In this document: piece after piece, positions 1-9,476 of the stretch
How positions within the stretch are numbered: position 1 is the first letter of the stretch
Layout of the letters: every line of letters begins with the position of its first letter
IMG/VR virus record: IMGVR_UViG_3300036823_000134
Location: 1-52,176 of that record
DNA from: a virus
Lineage: Duplodnaviria; Caudoviricetes
DNA length: 52,176 nucleotides
Reading direction: 5' to 3' (one strand)
Position numbers and translations under genes: made by a program
The notes under the pieces: model-generated
The model's database searches: none
What the model was told of the DNA's origin: nothing
Seen by the model: only the letters and a program-made list of their open reading frames with translations

Positions 1-127
1 GAGGCTCAATGCGGCTAAGTACGTACTTGACTTGATCAAGGGAAGCAAGGGCGCTAGCGGCGACCCGCTCTTGGACATGGTAAGGATGTTCCAGGAGACA
101 CAGGGCAAGAAGGCACGAGAGCAATAA

Positions 128-162
128 CGATAAGGTAATGACGAAGGTAATGACGAAGGTAA
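128..162 (+). repeat. Short tandem repeat: (TGACGAAGGTAA)x2 plus a degenerate 11-bp unit, between terS and terL
   Basis: cgataaggtaa tgacgaaggtaa tgacgaaggtaa. Confidence 0.85.
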
Positions 163-168
163 CCTAAG

Positions 169-182
169 CCGTGTGGGTTTTG
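169..182 (+). repeat. Dispersed 14-bp motif YCGTGTGGGTTYTG, copy 1
   Basis: CCGTGTGGGTTTTG; 12 further copies across the genome. Confidence 0.85.
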
Positions 183-195
183 AAGCGAGAGGAGG

Positions 196-1659
196 GTGCG
201 GGTGGACAAGTCAACGTTCTTCCACGAGATCGGATACCGCCCGCACCTTCAGCAGTTGTGGTTTCACACGTCTGAGGCGCGTTTTAGGGTGGCATGTTGC
301 GGACGTCGCTTTGGTAAGAGTACCATGGCGGCGCGTGACTTGGAGCCCGAATTGTTTCTGCCGGATAGAAGATTCTGGATTATCGGCCCTACTTACGATT
401 TGGGCGAGAAAGAGTTTAGAGTTGTCTGGGACGACCTGATGGTCAAGAAGGGCTTGGCTGCAGATAAGCGGATCAAGAAAAGCTACAGTAAAGCTCAGGG
501 GAACATGTTTATTGAGTTCCCGTGGCACACACGCTTGGAAGTCAGGTCTGCAGACCACCCGAGCAACCTTGTTGGAGAAGCACTCGATGGGGCCATTATT
601 TCCGAGGCGGCCAAGCAGAAGGAAGACACCTGGAAGCGCTACATTCGCCCCGCACTAAGCGACAAGCGGGGGTTTGCTACGTTTCCTACTACGCCTGAGG
701 GGTTCAATTGGCTGTACGACCTATGGCAGTTAGGTCAGGACCCTGACGAAAAGCTGTATGAAAGCTGGTGTTTTCCTAGCTGGGCGAACACAGCAATTTA
801 CCCCCAAGGGTTCAATGACCCTGAAATCCAAGATATGTATCGGACCACCTCGACTGAATGGTTCGACCAAGAGATCGGCGCAAAGTTTACGAGCTTTGTC
901 GGTAAGATTTACGCCGAGTTCGACGAAACCAGGCATGTGCAGAAGCTTGACTTTAACCCTTTGTGGCCGAACTACCTCGCCATTGACTGGGGATTTACAA
1001 ACCCTTCGGCTTGGATCGAGTTTCAAGTCACGCCTAATGACGAAGTACGTATCTGGCGAGAGCATTACCAGTCAGGCTGGACTGTAAGTCGGCACTGTGA
1101 ATATATGAAGACGCGCGAACAGCCGTCCGGTTACCATTTGGATTTGGCCTTTGGTGATAGTGCAGACCCTGCGGCCGCTGCTGATGTGTCTAACTTCCTT
1201 GTAGGATGCTGGACTGACCCGATGGCGAAGGATAATTGGCGCCAGGGAACCGATTTAGTCAAGTCGTTCCTGAGAAACCGCGACGGTGACGGAACAGAAC
1301 CCAGGTTCTTTGTCGACCATAAGTGCAAGCATGTTATCAAGGAGTTCAACAACTACAGGTCGAAGGAAGCCATTAAGGGCAACAACGTACCTGAGTTGGG
1401 CCAGAACGCACAGAACCACGCGATGGATGCAATCCGCTACGGGTTGATGCATGTCTTTGTACTAGGTGCGAACGTGCACTTGAGTGATGTGTACAATCAG
1501 AACGAGTTGTACGGGATTGCAGAAAGCAACTACCGAGAAGTAGTTGACGCTAATAACATAGGCAGCCCGGACAAATCATCTGGGGTGTCCTTGATGTCTC
1601 TTAACGACATGTCTGGATTCGGTGGGGATACTCTCTTCAACGCTGGGACGCGGTTCTGA
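196..1659 (+). CDS. terL: Terminase large subunit
   Basis: Walker A GRRFGKS, Walker B-like IISEAA, PTTPEG coupling motif, RNase H-like nuclease domain (AIDWG...NHAMDAIRY); RBS GAGGAGG before GTG. Confidence 0.95.
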   Translation: MRVDKSTFFHEIGYRPHLQQLWFHTSEARFRVACCGRRFGKSTMAARDLEPELFLPDRRFWIIGPTYDLGEKEFRVVWDDLMVKKGLAADKRIKKSYSKAQGNMFIEFPWHTRLEVRSADHPSNLVGEALDGAIISEAAKQKEDTWKRYIRPALSDKRGFATFPTTPEGFNWLYDLWQLGQDPDEKLYESWCFPSWANTAIYPQGFNDPEIQDMYRTTSTEWFDQEIGAKFTSFVGKIYAEFDETRHVQKLDFNPLWPNYLAIDWGFTNPSAWIEFQVTPNDEVRIWREHYQSGWTVSRHCEYMKTREQPSGYHLDLAFGDSADPAAAADVSNFLVGCWTDPMAKDNWRQGTDLVKSFLRNRDGDGTEPRFFVDHKCKHVIKEFNNYRSKEAIKGNNVPELGQNAQNHAMDAIRYGLMHVFVLGANVHLSDVYNQNELYGIAESNYREVVDANNIGSPDKSSGVSLMSLNDMSGFGGDTLFNAGTRF

Positions 1660-2342
1660 TGGCGCGCCATGTGAAGCCACATACGGTTAAAGCCCACACT
1701 GTGCAGGGCCACATGGTGAGTACACACACGGTTCGAGCGCATACTGTACCAGCACATTCCGTTGCGACGCACACGGTCAAGGCACATACTGTGAAGGGGC
1801 ATGAGGTTCCTGCTTCCTTCATTCCAACGTACGAAGTGCCAGCTTTTATTGTTCCCGCGCACACTGTGCGAGCTCATGTTGTTGCGGCGCACGAAGTTAA
1901 GGCTTACGTGCAGCCGGCACATATGGTACGTGCACATATGGTACGAGCTCACAGCGATCGCGCCCACTTTGTTCGGCAGCACACTGTTCGAGCGCACACC
2001 ACTAAGCTTGGCACGTTCGTCTCAGCGTATGTGGAATCTGGCCATATGGTCAGTGCGCATATGGTCCGCGCACATATGGTTCGTGCTCACATGGTCAGAA
2101 CACATATAGTGCGTGCACACTTCGAACCTGCACACCGCGTTCCTGCATTCCGTGTGTCGGAGCATAAAGTTCAGGCACATACTGTTAAGGCACATACTAT
2201 ACCCGCACACTTTGTTAGCACTTACAGTGTTCCTGCGCATACTGTACGCGCACACACAGTTGCAGCACACACTGTCCGAGCATTTACCGTTCCTGCACAC
2301 TTTGTACCTTCTTACTTCGTTGCAGCATACACGACCAAGTGA
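1659..2342 (+). CDS. His-rich pentapeptide-repeat protein (x-A-H-x-V)n
   Basis: 45 pentads with one 6-residue break (KLGTFV) at mid-protein; start overlaps the terL stop (TGATG). Confidence 0.85.
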   Translation: MARHVKPHTVKAHTVQGHMVSTHTVRAHTVPAHSVATHTVKAHTVKGHEVPASFIPTYEVPAFIVPAHTVRAHVVAAHEVKAYVQPAHMVRAHMVRAHSDRAHFVRQHTVRAHTTKLGTFVSAYVESGHMVSAHMVRAHMVRAHMVRTHIVRAHFEPAHRVPAFRVSEHKVQAHTVKAHTIPAHFVSTYSVPAHTVRAHTVAAHTVRAFTVPAHFVPSYFVAAYTTK

Positions 2343-2354
2343 GGATTCGACATA

Positions 2355-2588
2355 ATGGCATTTACTGCTAAGATGGCTATCTGGGACATGGCAGACGCTG
2401 GAGATAACCAGACGCGTCTTCGATTCAATGCACCTTACAACGACAAGGACGGCAATAGGATCAACGAGGAGTGGGCTAAGTATACTCCTGCTCTAAACCT
2501 CGACATGACCGTAATGAACGAAGTTGTTGAAGCTCAGGCACTGGAGATCGGCGACTCGTTCACGGTTAGGTTCGACAAGGAGAACTGA
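2355..2588 (+). CDS. Hypothetical protein
   Basis: RBS GAGGA, 77 aa, co-oriented within the operon. Confidence 0.75.
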   Translation: MAFTAKMAIWDMADAGDNQTRLRFNAPYNDKDGNRINEEWAKYTPALNLDMTVMNEVVEAQALEIGDSFTVRFDKEN

Positions 2589-2689
2589 TGCCTTGGTGGG
2601 CCTGGCTGTTGATAGGACTTTTCGGTGGAGCTGGAATAGTCCTCGCAATTATGTATAAGGGTCTGATAGATTTGCAGAGGAGGCTCTAG
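2588..2689 (+). CDS. Small membrane protein (33 aa, MPWWAWLLIGLFGGAGIVLAIMYKGLIDLQRRL)
   Basis: Not in the ORF track; start and stop overlap both neighbours; one hydrophobic helix. Confidence 0.7.
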   Translation: MPWWAWLLIGLFGGAGIVLAIMYKGLIDLQRRL

Positions 2690-2916
2690 TGCCACTCATT
2701 ACCGCAGCTTCAGCGAACTGGAAGAAGAGGCGCACGCTCACGTACGTTGACGTCAACGGCAAGACACATAACGTCGTACAGACTGCAGCACCTTCCGCTG
2801 GCGCTGCTACATTCCGGATCGCAGAGCGTCTGGGCACGACAGCTCGTGTGCTCACTGGCATTGCTTCGGCAACGACTCTCGCCAGTACCAACGCTTACCA
2901 GCTGAGGCAGGACTAA
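2689..2916 (+). CDS. Hypothetical protein
   Basis: RBS GAGGAGG; coupled to the portal start. Confidence 0.75.
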   Translation: MPLITAASANWKKRRTLTYVDVNGKTHNVVQTAAPSAGAATFRIAERLGTTARVLTGIASATTLASTNAYQLRQD

Positions 2917-4499
2917 TGACTAACGCTCGTGTGGGTTTTGTGCGAAGCATTGCAGGAACCGGTCTGCGCAAACCGACTACGAGCGTTGAGTTGCGTTCTC
3001 TGACTGAAGCACTTGCGAGCAAAGATATTATCGATATCGATCCTGATACCGGTGCTATCCTTACGACAGAGCGAATTAGTCTTGCCGAGCCGAAGAGCAA
3101 GCCGAATCTGTCTGAACTTGGTTCTGTTAGCCCTTCTCCGTTTACTGCATGGCTTCGACGTGAATACAACCCCGAACTTCGAGATCTTCAGGGGCTTCGC
3201 AAGTTCGACGAAATGTGGCGATCGGACTCAACTGTACGTGGCACTGTACGCGCGATGATGACACCTATTCTGACTGCTCGCTGGTTTATCAAGCCTGCGA
3301 GCGATTCAGCGCAGGATAAGAAGATTGCCGACTTCGTCTATTGGAACTTGACGGAGGGTATGACAATCTCGTGGGCGCAGATTGTCTATGAGGCACTCCT
3401 GATGCTGAAGTACGGCTACTACATGTTTGAGAAGGTTTACACGTCTTCGAAGTCGACACCGTTTGGCACTCGTACATGTTGGCAGAAGTTTGCTCCTCGA
3501 CACCCAATGGATGTTGTTGAATGGCACTGGGATGGAAACGGCGGACCTGAGTCCGTCGATGTTTACAACCCGGTACAGCTCACATCTGGCGGTGTCGATA
3601 ACACGACGAAGAATATTCCAATCGACAAGTTGGCAGTATTCACGTTCGATAAGGAAGCTGGAGACATGACAGGTGTCTCGCTTCTTCGTTCAGCATATAA
3701 GCCTTGGTACTACAAGACGCAACTGGAGAAGATCGATGCTATCCAGAAAGAGCGTCACGGCATCGGTGTCCCGATCATTACGTTGCCTATCGGGTTCAAC
3801 AACGACGACAAGAGTCTTGCGGAAGCAATTGGACGTAACCTGCGAACCAATGAACGTGCGCATATCGTTCTTCCGCCTGGTTGGACAATCGAGTTTGCGA
3901 AGCTCGAAGGTCAGCTAACCGATGCTCTGAAGTCAATTGAGTACCACTCTACCGAGATCGCTAAGAATATCCTCGCGACGTTCATCGAGAACCGTGCAGG
4001 CTCTCCCGATGCTAGTCAGGACCTATTCTTGAAGTCCTGCCGGTACGTAGCTGCGGTGGTTGAACAAGTGTTCAACATTTACTGCATCCCGCAGCTAGTG
4101 AATTTCAACTGGTTGGGGATCAAGAGGTTTCCGCAGCTGAAGGCTCGACGTATTGGCGAAGTCATCGACCAGCGCACGTTCAGTTTTGGTGTTAGGAACA
4201 TGGTAGGCGCTGGAATCATTCGGCCAGACGATCCGCTAGAGGAACTGGTCCGCGATGAGATGGATCTGACTCCGATTGATGAAGAAACACTTCGTATGGT
4301 TGCTGCTAACTACAACCGGAACGAAGAACCAGTTCCTCCGCAGGAAGATCCCTCCAAGGGAGTTCCTCCAGGAAATCAGAACGCCGGACCTCCGACGGCG
4401 CCTACTCCGTCACCGGCTCAGCTACCTCGACAATCAGCCAAGCCGCCAGTGAATGCTGGCAACAAGAGTATTGGTACCGACAGGAGTGGTGGAAAGTGA
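2916..4499 (+). CDS. Portal protein (DUF935 / Mu gp29-like)
   Basis: Position after terminase; G-Y-x-x-F-E-K motif, G-x-S-L-L-R-S-A-Y, ERHGIGVP; Pro-rich C-terminal tail. Confidence 0.9.
   Translation: MTNARVGFVRSIAGTGLRKPTTSVELRSLTEALASKDIIDIDPDTGAILTTERISLAEPKSKPNLSELGSVSPSPFTAWLRREYNPELRDLQGLRKFDEMWRSDSTVRGTVRAMMTPILTARWFIKPASDSAQDKKIADFVYWNLTEGMTISWAQIVYEALLMLKYGYYMFEKVYTSSKSTPFGTRTCWQKFAPRHPMDVVEWHWDGNGGPESVDVYNPVQLTSGGVDNTTKNIPIDKLAVFTFDKEAGDMTGVSLLRSAYKPWYYKTQLEKIDAIQKERHGIGVPIITLPIGFNNDDKSLAEAIGRNLRTNERAHIVLPPGWTIEFAKLEGQLTDALKSIEYHSTEIAKNILATFIENRAGSPDASQDLFLKSCRYVAAVVEQVFNIYCIPQLVNFNWLGIKRFPQLKARRIGEVIDQRTFSFGVRNMVGAGIIRPDDPLEELVRDEMDLTPIDEETLRMVAANYNRNEEPVPPQEDPSKGVPPGNQNAGPPTAPTPSPAQLPRQSAKPPVNAGNKSIGTDRSGGK
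2927..2940 (+). repeat. Dispersed 14-bp motif copy
   Basis: TCGTGTGGGTTTTG inside the 5' end of the portal gene. Confidence 0.8.
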
Positions 4500-5359
4500 C
4501 GGCTCTCTTCGAGTTGGGGCGGCAAGATTTCCTTGCTGGGGCGATCGCTGCCGCTTCCGACACACTACGTGTAGCGCTGCTGAACCTGTCTACAGGCGCG
4601 GCGGGTGCTAAGTCGATCTCAGGCGCAACCAACGCTACTCCTATTGTTGTTACGACGACTTCAGCGCATGGCTTCGCCAATGGTGACGTCGTCTACATCG
4701 ATGGTGTTGCAGGCAACGTTGCAACGAATGGCATCTGGACTATCTCTAGTGCTTCTGGTTCGAACTTCACACTGGTCGATCCTGTAACAGGTGCACAGCC
4801 TGTGGTGGGCTCAGGTGCATACACTTCAGGTGGCGTTGCTGTAAATCTGGGTCCGTCGATCAGCTTCTGGAGTTCGTACTCTGCACTGCTAGTAGGAACG
4901 GCGGGTGCTTTGGCATCAGTCACTACTACACAGGGCGTACTAGATGCTTCAGACCAGACCTACACCAACGTTAGCGGCTCGCAAGTGCAGGCGATTGGTA
5001 TCTACAAAGATACTGGTACGGCAGGCACTTCCAGGATGATCGCGCTGATCGCAGGCAAGTTCGTTGTGACGTGCGATACTCAGGCCGCTTCTTCGGCGAC
5101 GACGATTGCTGTCGAACCACTGAAGGCAGGGATCCCGAGTGGAACAACGCTTGTCTTTTCCAACGGTGCTTCGGCCACTACGTCCGCCGCTGCGAATGCT
5201 GGTGACCGATCGCTCACTGTTTCGGCGCTGGTTGCAACTGTCTCTGCAGGGAGTCGTGCTCTCGCTCCTGCGACGGGTTCTGGTCTTCCTGTCACACCAA
5301 ACGGCGGCAACATCACAATCCAGTGGGACAACGGTCCGAACAAGATCTTCAAGCTCTGA
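4496..5359 (+). CDS. Virion structural protein with an inserted FCCH-like beta domain
   Basis: Ends in GLPVTPNGGNITIQWDNGPNKIFKL, typical of actinophage minor virion proteins; ISGATNATPIVVTTTSAHGFANGDVV resembles E1 FCCH-like domains. Confidence 0.65.
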   Translation: MTALFELGRQDFLAGAIAAASDTLRVALLNLSTGAAGAKSISGATNATPIVVTTTSAHGFANGDVVYIDGVAGNVATNGIWTISSASGSNFTLVDPVTGAQPVVGSGAYTSGGVAVNLGPSISFWSSYSALLVGTAGALASVTTTQGVLDASDQTYTNVSGSQVQAIGIYKDTGTAGTSRMIALIAGKFVVTCDTQAASSATTIAVEPLKAGIPSGTTLVFSNGASATTSAAANAGDRSLTVSALVATVSAGSRALAPATGSGLPVTPNGGNITIQWDNGPNKIFKL

Positions 5360-5372
5360 CTGAGGCGGCGAA

Positions 5373-8300
5373 GTGGTCGCGATCGACTGGGTAGTCCCTT
5401 GGGACTATGTTCAGGGTGTGGACACCTTTCCTAAGACGGTGTCCATACCTTCTGCGCTAGTAGGACACAAGTTGTTCTTCCTGGCTGCAGGTTTCGCGAT
5501 TGCTGATGCTTCAAGCTTTACACGACTTGACGCTTATCCTGGTCACGGCAATCAAGATGTTGGAATTTCAGAACTAGTAGCTGCTGGTGGTGAGACGTCA
5601 GTCACCTTCAGTCTTAATGGTAGTGGCGCAAGTTGCTCAGGTGTTATCTTTAGTGTAGGCTCTGGGACTTCGTTTGTGGCGTTTAGTAATAACGATGGTG
5701 GTGCTACAGTTGATGTCACAACCGACTTCCAGATCACTCCGACAACAGATCTTACTGCCACAGGTGATAGTATTCTACTATCTGTCGCATCGGTGAGTTC
5801 GGCTTCCGCCTTCTCGACAGCTAACAGACTTAGGCAGCATGGACCGTACGCCAGGATTCTGCGAGAAGGCGGAAACCAAAGCTTTAGCAGTGAAAAGTTA
5901 ATCTTCCAATGTGCTATTGCTGATGTCAATGCTACAACTAGTTATCCCAGGTCACTTGCTGCAGGTCATTGGCGTGCGACTACCGACTGGCTTGCATCAG
6001 GTGACTGTTTTATCACTCAGGCACTTCTTACTGATACTAGTGGCGTGCCCACAGTATCAGTAGCACCTAATGCGATTGTAGAGGAAAACAGTCTTCCAGG
6101 TACAGACAATGGTAACTACTTCCTGGGAATAGCTGGCACATCACCCAACGTTTCTGGATATACTGATAAGTGTACTTACCAGGCAGGCGATACGGTTAAC
6201 TTCCAAGTCTTCACCGAAGACACCGGAACAGGTCAAGTAGAGATCTATCGTCGAGGTTTTTACAGTCGTCAGTCCTTTGGTGCACGCAGTGTGCTAGGCA
6301 ACCAGGACGGTTATCTAACAGTAACTCCTACAGTGCAGCCTGCACCTACGTTTGATAGTACTACAGGTATGAACTCCTGTGCATGGACAACTAATGCAAG
6401 CTGGACCATACCTTCAGATACGCCTTCAGGTCTATACTATGTCGTTTATCGACGTACAGATATGACAGCTGCAGCATCAGGACACTTTATCGTTAGGCCT
6501 AGTAGTTTTGCAGATAAGTTCGTTTACCTGATCAGTGATGCAACGCACCAGATGTACAATCTCTGGAGTGATCCTGGTGACTTTGGGCCGCGCGATATTG
6601 GCGGCGTATATTCAACTAACTCGCACGACGTATATCAGGCCGGCACGGATCTTGCATTTTCGCAGTTTACAAATCGAGGTTATCAAGTATCGTTTGATCG
6701 ACCATATACTACGCAGTCTAATAATGATACTACGTATATCAACGACGTATGTGTAGGACAGATCTGCTTCTTCGAAGCGCAGGGCTACGATATAGTCTAC
6801 GCATCCGATATGGATTGCATGACTGACGAGCACGTCTTCGACGATGCCAAGGCTATCATCTTTGGCGGACACCATGAATATGTCCATGAGAAGATGTACA
6901 ATGCTTATCGCAACGCTCAGGCTAACGGTGTAGACTTTGCCGATCTTTCTAGTAATACAGCACTCTGGCGTATAGGATTTGATCCGGCAGACACAAGTTT
7001 TCGTAACCCTTTCTGCTACAAGGATACGGGTACTATCACAACAGGTGCAGGTTTCACAGGCGATGGATTTACTCCTGCTGGCGTACTCGACACTGACTGG
7101 ACAGGTACTTGGCGAGATTCACGTTCACTAAATCCCGACATACGACGTGAGAACGAACTGTTCGGACAGATCTTTGTAGCTTCAGGTCCTGCACTGCAGG
7201 TAGCGCAGATCGATCAAGCGTTCCAGAATTCGCCTGTCTGGCGTAACTCTTCTGACATCCTTGCCTTAGGTCCGAGTGCTACTTATTCTAGTACAACGAA
7301 TATGGAAGGATTCGAGCTAGAAAGTCGCGACGGTTCTCTGGGTGAACCTACTAACATAGTTGATCTTTGGCGGCACTTGTACACAGGTCTTCACTTCCTG
7401 ACTAATGATGATGGTTCTACGTACAATGATATAGGCGATCTAGAACTTGGCTGGACACTGCACCGTGTTGATAGTACTGAAGCAAATGGCATTCCTGCAC
7501 CATTCGTCTTCAACGGTGGCGCTTGGCGTTGTACGTGGAGTTTAACGCTGTGGCAGTCAGGAAGGCCTTCTGGGTCTGTTACTGACCTGAATATGCAAAA
7601 TGCGTTCTTGTCTATATTCAATGATATAGGCATGGTTCCTGTTACTCTTCAGTCAATGAAGCCTGGTGAAGATCCTGACGTTACAGATCCCAGTATCGGT
7701 GCTCCTGGTCCAGGTAGAGCTGACGTAGCAAAGGCGTACGGACTATCTGTACCTGATCAGACTATTAATGCGGTAGGTATCTCAAGCTCCGAATCGTTCG
7801 AGAATGTCACTGTCGCGTCTGGCTCGACGAGCCTAACTCCCAGAGGCGTGATTAGTGATGAACGATTCGGAACCGGTACCCTGACTACAAGTGTTACCGT
7901 ACCTCCAGTAGGGATTGTTTCTTCTGGCTCCGTAGGCAACGCTACCTGCACTAGTGTAGTCTTCGTCGAGACTCAAGGAATTCCTTCAGCGGCAGCACTT
8001 GGTAGTCAGGGTACCGCACTATCTACGTCTGTGACACCTCCAGGCTTGAACTTTTCTGGTTATCCGGGCGCTGCGGAGGTTGTGCCTATAATTTCCTCCA
8101 CAAGTGTTTCGACAGGTGAACTAGTAAGTTCTGCCGATTCTGTATTTGGTGTAAACACCATATCACCGGCAGGAGTGAAGAGTAGTGAAGAGTTTGGCGC
8201 GTCACAGACAACAACCCAGAGTTTCATTCAACCATCAGGATCGACATCCAGTGAACAAACTGGATCTCCAACACGCTCAACCACTACAGGAATCCTTCCC

Positions 8301-9476
8301 GGAGGGGTTGGAAGCGTTGAGGGGTTTGGAAACGCTTCGGCTACTGGTAGCAACATCATATCCCCAGGTGGACTCCCAGATGCTGCTCGATTCGGAAACG
8401 GAACTGTTGCAAACCTTGCTGAAGCTCAGCCGGTCGGTATCACGTCACAGGAAACCGTCGGCGCCTCGACGGTTGTGGCGGGGAGTATTGGAATACTTAC
8501 GACAGGTTTGGCAGAACCTGAAACTGTAGGTATGCCTACGGTCGTAGTAGGCCTGGCTACTATAGATCTTGCGGGAGTTGTATCTAGGGAACAACTGGGT
8601 AACACCAGCCTCACGACAAGTATTACATCCAGTGTTAATACAATTCCTACTAGTGCAGAAGTGGGAACGCCAAATGTCTCTGCAAATGTTTCAATCTCCC
8701 CTACCGGAGGACCTTCTTCCGGAGAGGCATTCGGATCTGCCTCTCTGGATGCTGCAGTGGCAGCAGTGGCAGGAAGCGTTACGAGCGAACAAGCGACAGG
8801 CACGCCGCAGGTCGGATCAAACATACGGTTCACCGTTCCAAGCAATGTTGGACCATTCGAGAGCGTGGGCACGCCTAGTGTCAGCATTGGCGCCGTTACG
8901 ATCATTCCAGCTGGGATTAGATCTGAAAATCGTTTCGGTGTCTCATCTGCAACCCCTAGCAGTGTATCCGTTCAGTTGGTCGGAATCACCAGTGATGCAG
9001 CCACTGGCGCCGTCTCGGTCGCAGTACTCGGAGTACTTATCCAACCAGTTGGCATTGTTTCCGAAGAGCATACTGGAAATTCCCGTACAATCCCGGGTAG
9101 CCTCACGATTGCCACTAACGGTATCGATTCAGGCGAGGGATTCTCTGTCACCGACGTTGAACTCACTAGATCAACCCCTGTTGAATCTGTGCCGTCGGGA
9201 GAGCAGCTGGGTAATGTAACCCTAGGCCGTGTGGGTTCTGCTAGTAGTATTAGTTCCGCTGAAGCGTTTGGCATTCCAGCTGTTCATACAGGAGCGGCAT
9301 TCATTGTACCTCCGGGTATATCTTCGTCGATACAGGTAGGGTCCAGCCGCATAAGTTTGGCTATTTCATTCGTGCGCGTCGAAGCTGATGGTGCAGTAGT
9401 CTTGTTCGGTGCAGATATGGGTGAGTTGTTCTATAATGCTGTACCTGTCCTGCTCTGGGAAGGTGAACCAGAATGA
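5373..9476 (+). CDS. Large virion appendage/fibre-like protein with an N,N-dimethylformamidase beta-subunit-like (DUF6605-like) domain and a C-terminal repeat stalk
   Basis: Motifs ENSLPGT, IYRRGFY, PSDTPSGLY, HFIVR, THQMYN, VSFDRPY, GYDIVY, GHHEY; about 20 G-I-x-S-x-E-x-x-G repeats of ~24-26 aa after ~7755. Confidence 0.7.
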   Translation: MVAIDWVVPWDYVQGVDTFPKTVSIPSALVGHKLFFLAAGFAIADASSFTRLDAYPGHGNQDVGISELVAAGGETSVTFSLNGSGASCSGVIFSVGSGTSFVAFSNNDGGATVDVTTDFQITPTTDLTATGDSILLSVASVSSASAFSTANRLRQHGPYARILREGGNQSFSSEKLIFQCAIADVNATTSYPRSLAAGHWRATTDWLASGDCFITQALLTDTSGVPTVSVAPNAIVEENSLPGTDNGNYFLGIAGTSPNVSGYTDKCTYQAGDTVNFQVFTEDTGTGQVEIYRRGFYSRQSFGARSVLGNQDGYLTVTPTVQPAPTFDSTTGMNSCAWTTNASWTIPSDTPSGLYYVVYRRTDMTAAASGHFIVRPSSFADKFVYLISDATHQMYNLWSDPGDFGPRDIGGVYSTNSHDVYQAGTDLAFSQFTNRGYQVSFDRPYTTQSNNDTTYINDVCVGQICFFEAQGYDIVYASDMDCMTDEHVFDDAKAIIFGGHHEYVHEKMYNAYRNAQANGVDFADLSSNTALWRIGFDPADTSFRNPFCYKDTGTITTGAGFTGDGFTPAGVLDTDWTGTWRDSRSLNPDIRRENELFGQIFVASGPALQVAQIDQAFQNSPVWRNSSDILALGPSATYSSTTNMEGFELESRDGSLGEPTNIVDLWRHLYTGLHFLTNDDGSTYNDIGDLELGWTLHRVDSTEANGIPAPFVFNGGAWRCTWSLTLWQSGRPSGSVTDLNMQNAFLSIFNDIGMVPVTLQSMKPGEDPDVTDPSIGAPGPGRADVAKAYGLSVPDQTINAVGISSSESFENVTVASGSTSLTPRGVISDERFGTGTLTTSVTVPPVGIVSSGSVGNATCTSVVFVETQGIPSAAALGSQGTALSTSVTPPGLNFSGYPGAAEVVPIISSTSVSTGELVSSADSVFGVNTISPAGVKSSEEFGASQTTTQSFIQPSGSTSSEQTGSPTRSTTTGILPGGVGSVEGFGNASATGSNIISPGGLPDAARFGNGTVANLAEAQPVGITSQETVGASTVVAGSIGILTTGLAEPETVGMPTVVVGLATIDLAGVVSREQLGNTSLTTSITSSVNTIPTSAEVGTPNVSANVSISPTGGPSSGEAFGSASLDAAVAAVAGSVTSEQATGTPQVGSNIRFTVPSNVGPFESVGTPSVSIGAVTIIPAGIRSENRFGVSSATPSSVSVQLVGITSDAATGAVSVAVLGVLIQPVGIVSEEHTGNSRTIPGSLTIATNGIDSGEGFSVTDVELTRSTPVESVPSGEQLGNVTLGRVGSASSISSAEAFGIPAVHTGAAFIVPPGISSSIQVGSSRISLAISFVRVEADGAVVLFGADMGELFYNAVPVLLWEGEPE
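7755..9360 (+). repeat. Protein-level tandem repeats (~24-26 aa, GIxSxExFG) forming a stalk
   Basis: e.g. AVGISSSESFE, PRGVISDERFG, PAGVKSSEEFG, PVGITSQETVG, PAGIRSENRFG. Confidence 0.8.
9227..9240 (+). repeat. Dispersed 14-bp motif copy
   Basis: CCGTGTGGGTTCTG. Confidence 0.75.

Larger units (their letters stand above)
1..187. repeat. Terminal direct repeat, left copy (matches 52001-52176)
   Basis: Identical to 52001-52176 except for an extra 11 bp (CGATAAGGTAA, 128-138); contains the 3' end of terS. Confidence 0.95.

Noticed and set aside
128-162. Mini-CRISPR array
   Set aside because: 12-bp tandem units without spacers
1530-2355. Cys/Met-rich antisense and alternate-frame ORFs over the His-repeat gene
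   Set aside because: Shadows of the 15-nt periodicity; no RBS and wrong operon orientation or coupling
2689-2916. Possible paralogy with 12762-13010 (similar C-terminal T-x-x-x-x-TN-x-[YW])
   Set aside because: Similarity is too short to support by eye
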